Source of the DNA: Cyanophora paradoxa CCMP329
Lineage: Eukaryota; Plantae; Glaucophyta
Assembly: GCA_004431415.1 (NCBI GenBank)
Contig: QPMI01000350.1
Location: 1 to 45,405 of the forward strand
Direction: 5' to 3'
Length of the DNA: 45,405 nucleotides
The translations under genes and the position numbers were made by a program. Positions 33,127-44,920 of the stretch are shown here, in pieces (position 1 is the stretch's first letter; every line of letters begins with the position of its first letter). The notes beneath the pieces were generated by a model. It was not told where the DNA came from. It saw nothing but the letters and a program-made list of their open reading frames with translations, and searched no databases.

Positions 33127-34465
33127 ATGCTTGCCAGGCATCTGCTGGCCGCGCAGGTGGCCCGCTCGGCCGCGCGCGCCGTCGAGGGGAGCGCGGCGGT
33201 TCGGGCGCTTGCGGCGCCGGCACCCCGCGCGCTGCCGGTACGCCGTGAAAGCCAGCTCCTCGTCCGATCCCTCCTCAGCACTGCAGCGGCGAACGAGTCC
33301 GCGCCGGCGAAGGGCGTCGTGAACACCGATCGCGGTTCGCCGCCTGCCGTGGCACCCCGCCTGCCCGCTCCGCCGACGCGCGTGCAGTGCGCGCGGACGG
33401 CGGGACGAGGCGGTTCTTCAAGGGCGTCACAGTGGAAGAGGGCGCGCACGGGGAAGCGCCGTCGTACCTTGTGAAGCTGGACGGGCGCTCCATCCGGACG
33501 CCGAAGAAGCACACGCTCGCGCTCCCGACGCGAGCGCTCGCCATGGCGATCGCCATGGAGTGGGAATCTCAGACGGAGCGGGTCCGGCCCGTCTCCATGC
33601 CCCTGGTCCGTTGGGGCGGCGCCGGGGCGGCGGCGGCGGCGGCGCGTGATCGGGGGCGGCGGCGGCGGGGCAGATGTCGCTGGCAGCGACGACGGTAGAC
33701 CACGTGGCGTACGAGCGCGAGCGGATGGTCATGAACATGATCCGCTTCCTCGGCACCGACGCCACCTGGTGCGCTCCCGCCCGCCCCACCGCCCCCCCCC
33801 CCCCCCCGCCCCGCCCCGCCCCCCGCGCCGAGCGCGAGGGCGCAGCGTGCGGGCGACGGGGCCGGCGGAGCTCGTGCGAGCGCAGGCGGCGGCGCTGGAC
33901 CCCTCGTCGACTGGTTCAACCGCGAGTTCGGCGTCCCCCTCAGCGTCTCCCACGGTGCGGCGCCGCCCGCCCGGGGGCTCCCGCGCGCCGGGGCCGCTGA
34001 GCTGGGGCGGCGGCGGGGGCAGGGCTCTTCGCGGATGACCACCCGGCGGAGCTCGTGGAGCGCGTCGCGCGGCACCTCCGCTCCCTCGACGACTGGAACC
34101 TCGCCGTGCCGCCCGCCCCCCCAGCCGCCTCCCGCCGCGGCCGGGGCGAGCGGGCGGGCGGGCAGGGCCTGGAGGCGCTGACGGCGGGGGCGAAGTCGCT
34201 GGTGGTGGCGCTGGCGGTGCGGGCGGGGGCGCTGGGGATCCCCGAGGCGGTGGCGGCGGCGCGCGTCGACGAGGAGCACCAGCTCGCCGACTGGGGCCTC
34301 GTGGAGGGCAACCACGACGTCGACCGGCGCGCCCCCTGCTGCCTGCTTCCCCCGCGCCGGCGCCCCCTGCGCTGATGAGTCGCCCTCCTCCGCAACCGCA
34401 GGGTCGACATGGCCTCGCGCCTCGCCTCCGCTGCCCTCTTCCTCCGCCTCCTCCGGCCCCTCTGA
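33127..34465 (+). CDS. ATP12: Mitochondrial F1-ATPase assembly factor 2 (ATP12); one apparent one-base deficit at about 33900
   Basis: Arg-rich presequence; RRFFKGVTV, VKLDGRSIRTP, LAMAIAMEWESQ..SMPL|MSLA, AKSLVVALA, AARVDEEHQLADWGLVEGNHDVD. Confidence 0.94.
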
Positions 34466-34642
34466 CCGCCCCGGGCCCCGCCGGCCCCCGCCGCGTGCGC
34501 GATCTAGTGGAGACGTACTACGGTATCGCGATCGTCATTTGATTGTTGTGATTTGCCAGTAGGGTTCCTGAGGAGAGCTTATGGCGAATGCACACTCTGA
34601 GCATTGATGGGGCTGGTTGGACTCGTTGACTCTGAAATCGAC

Positions 34643-35756
34643 CTACTGCCACTGAGGGCGCGTCGGATCGAGCTGCCGTGGAGGCAGGGGCGGCGCGGGT
34701 GGGAGCTCGAGGGGCCAGGGGCCGGGCGCGAAGGGGGCGGCCGCCCCGTGCGCGCCCACGGGCGCAGGTGCCGGGGCGGGTGCGGCGTTGGCAGGGCCAG
34801 GCCAGGGGCGGGGCAAGGGGCGCGGGCGCGAGGCTGCCGACGGGCGCGCGAGGGAGCGGACGGGGCCGGAGCCCGGGCGCGGGGCGATGCGCTTGAAGGC
34901 AGGGTTGCCAGCGGGCTGGGCGGCGTTGGCAGCGGGTTGCGCCGGCTGCACCTGCCGCCCCGTGGCTCGGGACGCGCCAGGGTTCGAGACGAGGGCCGGG
35001 GCTGCGGCGCCAGGGTTTGGCTGAGAAGCAGGGGCGTCGGGTTTCGGGAAGGGGACCGACACGCCAGGATTGGGGAAGGGGGCCGGGCCGCCGAGGTTTG
35101 GGAACGGGGCAGGGGCGCCGGGGTCTCGGTAAGGGCCCAAGGGGCCTGTAGCCACCTGAGCACCGGGAATAGGGAGCGGAGTCGGGGCGGGGTTGCCGGG
35201 GTGCGGGTAAGGGGGCGGGGCGGAGGCAGCTGGGTAAGGCGGCGGTGCGCCGGAGTTTGAGAAGGGGGCCGGGGGGGCGAGGAGGAAGAGGGGGCCCGGG
35301 CCCGGGCCGCCGGGGCCGCCAGGAGCCGCGGAGAGGTTGAGGGCGGAAAGAGGAGGCGGGGCGCCCTGGGGGGGGTGCTGGGCGGGGGCCCGGGGCTGGC
35401 CCGCGGGGCCCGGGGCGCGGGGGAGCAGCCCGGCCCACGCGGGGTACCCCGTTGCCTCGAGGACGTACAGCGGCTGCGGGGCCTCCTGCTGGGGGGGCGG
35501 GGGGGGTAGAAGTTGCCATTGCCCTGCCCGGCGGCGGCTATGGGGAAGGGGCCCGGGGCAAAGCCGGCCTCGGGTAGGAGGGCGAGAGGGGGGCCCGGGG
35601 CGGGGCCGGGGCGGGAGGGGGCACGGGGCGGGGGGGAGCAGGCAGGGGTCCACGGCGGGGCTCGGCGGCTGCGAGGGCGGGCGGCACCCGCGGGGGAGCT
35701 CCCCGCCACGCTGGCCGCCTCACCGCCCGCAGCCCCTGCCGCGCGGCGTCGGCGAC

Positions 35757-35787
<31 letters not shown>

Positions 35788-38107
35788 GTCTAGCCACTGC
35801 TCCGCCCCCGAGGCTACGGAGCGCTCTAGCGGATAGATGTGTTCGGGATGCGGACGCCCGCTACGCGCAGGCTTGATTACTATTTGGAGCGCACCTCGAC
35901 CTGTGCGAGCGGCGCCGGCAGCTCGAGGTGGGCGGGCCGGCCGCCTGCCGCTGCGCCATGGGCGGGGCGAGGCCGAAGAAGTTCTGCGGGAGGGGGTCAG
36001 CCGCGGGGCGGGGCGGGCGGGGCGGGGGCGGGCGGCGGGGCGCGGCGGACGTCGGCGGGGCGGGGAGCGGGGCGATGCGTCGGGGCTCGCGGCGGATGCG
36101 GATGCGGAGGCGGAGGCGGTGCTGCGGCGGCGGCGCTTGAGGGTCCCCGAGCAGCTCGACGCGCTCTCCGGGCTGCTCGCCCCGCCCCGACTCGCGGTCC
36201 AGCCTGCCGGCCCCGTCGGGCGCGGCCAGCGGCACGGCGCGGCGCGGCGCGGGGCGGGCGGGGCGGCGCGGGGCGCGGCGCTCGCTCGCCTGGCGGCCTC
36301 GAGCTGCGCCCGAAGCTCGGCGATCGCGGCGTCCTTCTCCGCCAGCTTCTTCAGCGCGTCCTCCTGGACTGCGGGCCCCGGCGTCAGGGGCCCAGGGCGG
36401 CGCGAGCGGGCCCCGGCGGGCGGGCGGGCGGCGGGGGCTCACTGCTCCACAGCATCGCGTAAAGGCCCTCCTCGAGGGGCTCCGCGGCAGCGCGCTGCTC
36501 CGCCCCGGCCCCGCCCCCGCCTTGCCTCCGCCCTCGTCATCGCCCTCGCCCTCGCCCTCGCCCTCGCCCTCGGCGTCGGGGCGGGGCTCGGCGGGGGGCG
36601 CCCCCGCGCGGCAGGCGAGGGCGCCGACGCTGGCGAGGCCGGCGGCGGGGCCCCAGGGGGCAGCCGCCTGCCGGAGCCGCTCCAGGAGACCCTGGAAGCT
36701 CCGCAGCAGGATGCGCGCGATCCACGACCGGTACACTGCGCCCGTCCCGCTTGAGCCGCCCCAGCCGAGAGCGGACCGACCCCGGCTCGGCGCGCACCGT
36801 TCCGGGTGTAGCGGTAGACTGCGGGGCCGGCGCGGGGGGCGGGGCGGTAAGAGGGGGCGGGGCTGGCGGGGGCGGCGGGGCGGGGCCGGGGGGCGCACCG
36901 AGGGAGTTGAAGTTCATCCAGCCCTCGTGGCAGCCCTTGCAGAGGAAGGTGACGAGCACCGCCCGCCGCTCCCCGAAGCGGTCCCGCTGGCTCGCCACCT
37001 CCCGCACCCTGCCCCCGCCCCCGTCGCCCCCCGCCCACTCCCCCGGGGGGGGCGCGCAAGGGTGGCCGCACCAGTACGCGGACCAGGGGAGCTCGCGACT
37101 GACGAGGCGGGCGCTGCCCGGGGGCACGCGGACGCCGAGCTGGGGGAGGCAGAGGCGCGGCGCGCTGGTGCGGACGAGGAGCGCTCCGGCCCCCGCCGGC
37201 CCCCGAAAGAGCCCGTCCAGCGTCCAGAACTCCGCCAGGATGAACCGCCCGACGCCCTCGTACACCGCCCGCACCAGCGTCGTGTCTGGCCCCCCGCCGC
37301 CCCCCGCCCGCTCAGCTGCGCGCCCCCACGCCGCGCCGCGCGCGGCGACGGCGCACTCTCGGCGATCTTGACGTCGACCGCCTCCTCCTGGATGTTGTGC
37401 GGGTCCTGCCGGCAAGCTCGCGCGTCAGGGCCCCGCGGCGGCGGCGGGTGGAGGGGGCGGGGCGCGCCCAGTCGCGGGCGCCGGGGCGGAGGAAGGAGAG
37501 GACGGCGTCGACGTCGAGGCCGAGCTCGGGGGGAACCTGCGCCCCGCCGCCCCGCCCGCTCGCGCCGCCCCCGCCCCGCCCCGCCCCGCGCCCCCGCTCG
37601 CCTGCGCCTCAAAGCGGCAGTAGAAGTAGTCCCCTCGTTCGTGTCCCGCGTCTGCGCGAGGCGGGGCGCTCGGCGCCGGCCGGGGAGGCGCCGCGGCGGG
37701 GCGGGCGCCGGCCGGCAGCGCACGTGGACTTGGACGTGGCGGTCGGAGATCTGCTCGCACGTCCACTCGCGCGTGCCCGTCGGCGAGGAGCACGTCTGCA
37801 GGGCCGCCTGGAAGGCCTGCGCGGCGTCGGCCGGCGCGCGCGGGCGGGGGGGCGGGGGGGGGGGGGGGGGGGGGGGCGCCGGCGCCGGCCGCACCCGATC
37901 GAGGGAGTCGCGGCAAACGAGGCGGGCCGACTCGGCGCCGGCCGGCTCGGCGAGCTCGACGGGAGGGAGCTCGGGGAGGGAGGGGACGTCGGGAGGCGGC
38001 GCGTTGGGGAGAGTAGCTCCAGGAGCCTCCAGCATCGCCTCCAGCAGCAGGCTCGAGTCCAGCGGGGACCACGCCGCGTCCCCTCCCCCCAAATCCATAT
38101 CCTCCAT
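34643..38107 (-). CDS. Uncharacterised multi-exon protein: START/SRPBCC-like region, coiled coil, long Pro-rich tail (may be two genes)
   Basis: ATG 38107; protein-like exons EWTCEQISDRHVQVH, DYFYCRFEAQ, VRAVYEGVGRFILAEFWTL, VLVTFLCKGCHEGWMNF, QEDALKKLAEKDAAIAELRAQLE; Pro-rich ORF ending at 34643. The fold assignment is from motif spacing only. Confidence 0.45.
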
Positions 38108-38699
38108 GTGCGCGCACGCTCCTCAGATCTAGATGGCCGCTATACGCGCGCAGCTGTTGCAGCCATCGCCTGAGTGGCCGGGCGCCGGCGGTGCGGTGTT
38201 TTGAGTGAGCGCTGAGCTAACGTGGACGGGTGAAGGCGTCCATGCATATGCAGCCCGGCCGCGACGGGAGCTCGGGAGCCGCGACGAGGTCCGATTCACC
38301 GACGCCGAGTCAATCGGTTGCCGCTGCACATGTACCGAAGTACACCGAAGCGAGCGCAAAATCACGCGTCGCTGTCGATCCGATATGCGAGCAGCTCTGT
38401 ACGTGAGTAACGTGACTCGGCGAACTTCAGAGCGCTCAGTGCTCAGTGCTCACTGCTCTCTGCCCGCGGCGCTCGGAGCTTCGGACTACTTAGTAGTATC
38501 CGTAGTACGTAGCCGGCCGCCGGGCGCTTAAACTGGCGCTACTAGCTAGCGGGCACTAGGCCAGCGCTGCGCATGCGCATGCGCGCGTGAGCTCTAGCCT
38601 GATCTCCCGTCTGGAGTTCTCCGGCGCAGGCCACGCGGTACGGCTGCTCCCTGCTCCGCCGGCCAGCCTGGGCCAGACTGTGCGTGTACCCCGCCATCC

Positions 38700-39430
38700 C
38701 ACAGCCAATTTAATTAGCATGCGCACAATTCGATCCTGTTTAAAATATACCATATATATTTAGAGAATAATTTGTAGTTGCGCATATATATATGCTGATG
38801 CATGAATTAATGTTAACCGCGGTGTGGTTATCATACACGCTTTTCATTTCATGCCTTCCGTGTTCGAATCGCCCTGCGATGAGAATCACGCCTTCGAATC
38901 CCGCCCGTTCCACATAATTCCGATCGATCATGCCCCACCTTGCCTGTATACGCCCCCACAGTGCTGGAGTAGACTAGAGGCTGTGGCCGGTAATTCAAAA
39001 AAAAAAAAAGTTAACGATTGATTATATAATTAACACGCACGCATGCACAGTACGTACTCGCGCGCGAGTCACAATTATATTGCAAATATACGTACTGCAT
39101 ATATATATGTGATCCCGAATTAATGTCAACAAATATATATATATCCATCTATGGTGTTTAATTTAGTCCTCTATTGACGCGTTTCGATCCCTGCGATCGA
39201 TCAGCTTTAAATTCGGCGGGCGCCGGCCCGGGGGGTACATGCAAACCGTAGCTATACCACTCCTGAATAAACGTTTAAGTTGTTAATGTTAATTCAGTAA
39301 ATGAATTGCACATGCGGCGCCGGCATGCCCGTGTGATCATCATGATTGATCATGCATGACCGAGTCAGACCGACATTGACCGTCACATGCGCTGAGGCTT
39401 TAATTTTGCGCGCGGCGAATTTGCGCTCGA
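38700..39430. other. AT-rich non-coding island
   Basis: Abrupt drop in GC, with (AT)n runs, an A tract at about 38997-39009 and many TTAA/ATTA sites; no credible ORF. Confidence 0.8.
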
Positions 39431-39512
39431 TCAGACATTCATCGAGTCGAGGGGGCCGCCGCGAACTCCGGGATAGATCTAGGGCGGTAGTAGAGGCTAG
39501 AAGCAAGGCTAG

Positions 39513-42500
39513 CTAGAAGTCGGCGAGGGCGGGGGCGAGGTGGACGAGGGCGGGGGCGAGGTCGCGCAGGAAGGCGCGCATCGCCTCCGGGGAGAAGCTC
39601 TCGTGCAGGCCGTACTCGTCGTCCGCCACCATCTCCGCCAGCCGCACGCTGCCCCCGCCCGTCAGCAGCGCCCCAGGGCGGGCCCCGCGGCCCCGCGGCG
39701 GGCGGGCGCGCCAGTCGGCGTGGCGGTCGGTGCCCGCGAGGAGATCCCGCATCCAGCCGACGGCCCGCGGGACGCAGTCGCAGCGCAGCCGCCGCAGCGC
39801 CGCCTCCTCCTCGGCGTCCGAGGGGAGCGGGGGGGGCCCGGGGGCGGCGGAGCCAGCCGCCGGGGAAGAGGAGGAGGGCGCCGAGGCGGTCGGAGGCGGC
39901 GAGGGCGAGGGCCTCGCCGTCCTCGCGGTGCCGCCGCAGCGCCGCCGCGTGCGCCGCGTGCGCCGCCTCGTACTCCCCCGCGCCACCTCCGTCGTCGTCA
40001 CCGGCACCGGCGCCGGCGGGGCGGGGCGGCGGCCCTCCCAGGCGCGCCAGGCCTCGTAGGCGCGGTGGGCGGCGACGAAGTCGCGCCAGCAGAGGTGCTC
40101 GCGGTAGGCGGCCTGCATGGCCTCGAGCTCCTCCTGGTGCGGGGCGACGCGCACCGCGTCCGAGAGCGCCCCGAGGGCGTCGAGCTTGCCCTCCTCGACG
40201 AAGCGCCGGGCCAGCGCGTTGGCGTGCACGAGGGCCCGCGCCGCGAGGCTCCGCGGCGCCCCGGGGCCCGCCCCGCCCGCCAGCTCCACCACCTCCACGG
40301 CACGGATCTTGCGCGCGTCGGTGGCGTTGACGCCGCCCCCGGGGCTGGGCCCCGGCGAGGGCAGCGCCGCCGTGCGGAAGGCCGCCTCGTCCAGGATCTC
40401 CACCGCCTCCTCCGGGAAGGCCTGCGCCCGCCCTCAGCAGGGCGGGGTTGCGGGCGGGCGGGGCGGGCGGGCGGGGCGGACGGCGACGGCCTTGCGGGCG
40501 GCGTCGAGGGCGCGGCGGCGGGTGCGGGCGGCGTCGCCGGCGTCGGCCTCGTCGGGGAGGACGAGGAGGGAGTGGAGGTAGCGGCCGAGCAGGTCGACGC
40601 GCTCCCGGTGGCCCACGACGGCGAGCCCCGCGTAGCGCGCCACGAGCCCGCTCTGCAGCCGCCCCGCCAGCTGCAGCACGTACCCCCGCGCCAGCCGCTG
40701 CGCCTCCTCCGCCCCGACGCGCGCCCGGCGGCGAGGAGGGCGGCCGCGAGGTGGACGGCGAAGCGGCGGAGCCAGCGGGCGTCGGGGCCCTCGGCGGGGG
40801 ACGGCTCCCCAGCCGCCCCGCGAGCTCGCGCACGACCTCGGGCCCACGCCCCGCGATGAGCGCCTCCTGCACCTCTCGGTACACCCCCGCCCCGTCCTCC
40901 CGCCCCGCCCCGCGCGCCGCCTCCAGCACCTCCCCAGCGTCGGCACCCCCGCCCCGCCCCCGCCCCCGCCGCCTCCCCGTCCCTGTACGGATCCGGCCGC
41001 GCCGCCAGCTCCTGCGCCGGCTGCCCCGTCGGGCCGGGGGGGCGGGGCGGGGGCGGGCGGGTGGGGCGGGGCACGTTGCGGAGGGCGGCGCGGGCGGCGA
41101 GGGCGGCGCGGGCCCAGAGGTGGTCCTCCCAGGAGGCGCAGGCGGGCAGGAGGTCGTCGAGGGAGGCCCCCAGGAAGCCGTAGACGGCGCGCTCGTGCAC
41201 GGCGCCCCCGCCGCCGCCGCCAGCCGCCCGCACAGCTCCCCGAAGAGCCCCGGGCGCACGTTCCCCGCCTCGTACCCCGCGCTCGCGTTCTCGCCTGCGC
41301 CGCCCGCGTCGCCGGGGGCGGGGGAGGGGCGAGGGCGGGCGGGCGGGGGGCGGGGCGGACCGTCGCCGGCGAGGAGGTCGGAGTGGGCGGGGTCGTGCGA
41401 GAGCTGCAGGCCGTGCAGCAGCGCCGCCAGCCACGGCGCCCCCGCCGCCTCGCTGCACAGCTCCTTCGCCTGCGCCCCCGGCTCGCCGGCCCCCGAGCCC
41501 GGCGCGGCGGGGCGGAGCGATGCGGGGGCACCGGCTCAATGTGGCCGGCGCGGATGAGCTGGAAGACGGCGTGGAAGAGCCTCGCCTGGGCGTCCTGCGG
41601 GCCGGGGCGGGGCGGGACAGTGAGGCGGGGCGGGGCTGGAAGGCGGGGCGGGGCGGGGCGGGCCTGGTCGTCGGGGTCGAGGGGCTTGCCGAGGCGGCGG
41701 GGGGCGTCGGGGTCGAGCTCCCCCACGCACGTCTCCAGCGACTCGCTCCGCTGCAGCCGCTGCAGCGTCCGCAGCGGCTGCGCGTCCCCCTCCACGAAGC
41801 TCACGCTCTCCACCGCGCACGCCTCGAGCCACACCCGCACCGTCTGCCCCGCCGCCGCCGCCGCCCCTCGCCGCCGCCCCGGGGCGCGGGGCGGGGCGCG
41901 CGGGCGGACCTCGAAGAGGCGGTACTCGGGGTCGCGCTCGTGGAGCTCCGTCCAGAGGGCCGCCTCGCTGTACGCCCCCGTCGGCCCCGCCCCGTCCTCC
42001 ACCATCGAGTCCGGCGGCGGCAGCCCGTCCCCGAGGACATTGCTGCGCCACACGTCGGCGCGGCCGAGCGCCGCGGCGCGCGATGGCCGCTTACTTCTCG
42101 GCGAGCAGCTTCATGAGGCGCCATGTGTTCCGCTGGGCCCGCAGCGCCTGACAGTGGGAGCGGAGCCGGGCGATGCGCGCGTGATTCACCCACACGCCTG
42201 TCTTCGCGCTGGCTTCCAGCCGCCCCAGCTTGCCCTCCAGGTCCTCCAGCCTGCGGGCCCCGCTGTTCGCGACCAACGCGGGAGCGGCGCGCCGTGCCAC
42301 GGCGCACCGGTGCTGGCATGTCCGCTCGTGTTCGTCGAGCAAGGGATTGCGCTCCTCAGGCAGAACATAGGCAAACTCGCGCTCCTCGCGGGTCTCCTCG
42401 TACTGCGCCGGGCGCTTTGAAATCGCGGCGCAAACATCGGAGAGAAAGCCGGCGCTCACCTCCTCCTCATCGAGATTCGCCGGCTCCTCGTCGAAGTCGT

Positions 42501-42540
42501 CCGGGAAGCCGAGTCCGCCAGCAGAGCCGCTCGCGTACAT
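39513..42540 (-). CDS. NUP107: Nuclear pore complex protein Nup107 (with about 3 apparent homopolymer frameshifts)
   Basis: RNTWRL, VRVWLE, ELDPDAPRRLGKPLDPDDQ|DAQARLFHAVFQLIRAG..AKELC, HERAVYGFLGASLDDLLPACASWEDHLWA, HANALARRF, EHLCW, GGWL, LRRLRCDCVP, LAEMVADDEYGLHESFS. Confidence 0.94.
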
Positions 42541-42699
42541 CTTCAGTCGAGAGCGGTGCTACCAGCTCGGTAGACCGGTTCCGCCCTCCAACGCCCGCTG
42601 AGCTTGGCGCGGCACTCGACGATTGACTGTACGCCCCTTCCCCCGGGACCCCGCCCCCCCCCCCCCCCCCCCCCCCCCCTTGCATCTTCATTTCCTGCA
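42541..42699. promoter_or_regulatory. Probable bidirectional promoter NUP107 / ACY1, containing a pure C tract (42654-42679)
   Basis: 159-bp gap between divergent ATGs. Confidence 0.5.
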
Positions 42700-44920
42700 A
42701 TGAGGAGGCTCGCCATTCGGCTAGCGCTCCTTGCGGCGCTGCTCGTGTGCGCGGCGGCGTCGACCGCACACCCCGGCGCCGCCGACCTGCACAGCGCGAC
42801 GGACGGTCCGCACCCGCCCAACACTGCGCGCGGCGATCCGACCCTAGAGTGCGTAGATGATGTTGCGGTCGAGAGCTTTCGCGCGTACCTTCGGATCCGG
42901 ACCGACCAGCCGAAGCCGAAGGTGCGCTTCGCACTGCGTCGTTCGCTCGCGCACGTTTCCACGTTTCCACAGTACCGCGAGGCCGTCGCCTTCCTGCTCA
43001 AGGAAGCGGAGTCGTTCGGCCTCCAGCACGAGGTCATCGAGCTCGAGAAGAACGTGCCCGCCGGCGAGGAGGTCCGTGCCCATCGCATTTGCACACCTCC
43101 TTCCCGAACCGCCTGACGCCTCGCGGGGGGGCGCAGGGCAAGCCGGCCGTCCTGCTGACGCTGCCCGGAGCGGACCCATCGCTTCCGGCCGTCGTCTTCA
43201 ACTCGCACATGGATGTCGTCCCCGCTGAGGACGTGCGCTGCTGCCGCGCGCCTCGGCAGGCAGCGCCGCGGGGCGGCTGCCGAGGCATCGCGCGCAGGCG
43301 AAGTGGACGCACGCGCCGTTCGGGGCGGAGATGGACGAGGAGGGGCGGATCTTCGCGCGGGGGAGCCAGGACATGAAGAACGTGGGCATCCAGCACCTCC
43401 ACGCCCTCGGCCGCCTCAAGCGCGAGGGTCCGTACACGCGCCCCGCGAGCTCCCGCCGGCCCCCCGGCCGGCCTCACGCGGGGGCGCGCGCTCAGGCTTC
43501 GCGCCGCTGCGGACGCTGCACGCGCTGTTCGTGCCGGACGAGGAGATCGGCGGGGTGAACGGGATGCAGCGGCTGGTAAAGACGAAGCGGTTCCAGCGGC
43601 TGCACGCGGGGCTCTTCGTCGACGAGGGCCTGGCGAGCACGGGGCCCGAGACGCCCGTCTACTACGGCGAGCGCGCCCCCTGGTGTACGCCCCCGAGCTG
43701 CCCTTGCCCATCGCCCCGCCCCGCACTCACCGCGGGGCGGGCAGGGGTGCGCGTGCGCGTGCAGGGCCCGCCGGGGCACGGCTCCATGCTCATCGACGGG
43801 ACCGCCATGGAAAAGCTGGCGCGCCGCCCCGGGCCGCCCCTCGGGATCGAGTAGTCGCCGGCTCTGAGGCGGGGCGGGGGCGCAGAACCGGATCGTGCAG
43901 CGGTTCCTGGGGGCGCGGGAGGGGGAGGTGGCGCGGCTGAAGGGCGAGGGCCTGCCCCTCGGCGACGTCACCACCATCAACCTCACCTACCTCAAGGTCC
44001 CCGCCATAGGATGGCATGGGAGGGGGCCCGGCGCCGCCTTCGCGCCCTCACCCTCAACGTCGTGCGCAGGGCGGCCTCACGAAGAACTGCGGGGAGAGCT
44101 ACGCGATGAACGTGATCCCCGGGGAGGCGGAGGCCGGCTTCGACCTGCGCATCCCCCCCACGGAGGACATGCCGGCCCTCCGCGCCCGCATCGACGCCTG
44201 GGTCCACGCCGAGGCCAACGCCTCCTACGACTTCGTCGAGTACACCCCCCAGAACCCGTCCGCCCCCGCCCCGCCCCGCCCCGCCCCGCCCCGCCCCGCC
44301 CCCCAAACCGCCCGTGGCCTCCCGGCGTCTCACGCCCCCCGCGCAGGCTGACGCCGCTGGACGACGAGAAGAACCCGTGGTGGCCCGTCTTCCGCCGCGC
44401 CTGCGAGCGCCTGTGCGCCCGCGCGCCGCCCCCACCCCCCGCCCCGCCTCACCGCAGCTCGCCCTGCCCCGCAGGAACGTTACCTTGTGGGCCCCCCCGC
44501 CCCCCCGCCTCGCGCCGCGCGCCCGCCACGGGTCCACCGGCGCTGACACGGCGCAGGAAACCGGCCATCTTCCCCGCCGCCACGGACGCGCGGTCCGCAT
44601 GCGCCGCGATCGCGTGCGCGGCCGGAGCGGGGGCGACGCTGAGCTCGGGCGGGGCGGGCAGGTTCGTGCGGGGGGCGGGGCTCCCGGCGCTGGGCTTCTC
44701 GCCGATGGCCGGCACACCGGTGCTCCTCCACGTGCGCCCCCCCGGCCCCCCGCCCCGCCGGCCCAAGCTCGCCGCCCGGCGCGAGGGCCCGGCGCGTGCG
44801 CAGGACCACGACGAGCACCTGCCGCGGGGGACCTTCCTGCACGGCCTCCGCGTCTTCCAGGGCCTCATGCGCGACCTCGGCACCGCCCCCGCGCCCCCGC
44901 CCCCGATGCTCGCCCCCTGA
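42700..44920 (+). CDS. ACY1: Aminoacylase-1 (M20 family) with N-terminal signal peptide
   Basis: [95 protein letters not shown]|DHDE. Confidence 0.96.

Noticed and set aside
38860-38910. Two TTCGAATC (B-box/T-loop-like) motifs as a tRNA or SINE
   Set aside because: No T-stem, cloverleaf or properly spaced A-box could be built.
33127-42540. ATP12 and NUP107 as pseudogenes
   Set aside because: Motifs are intact on both sides of each shift and all lesions are homopolymer deficits, typical of sequencing error.
6117-44920. No TAA among the inferred stop codons (possible reassignment)
   Set aside because: Expected at this GC level, and no in-frame TAA was seen in conserved exons.
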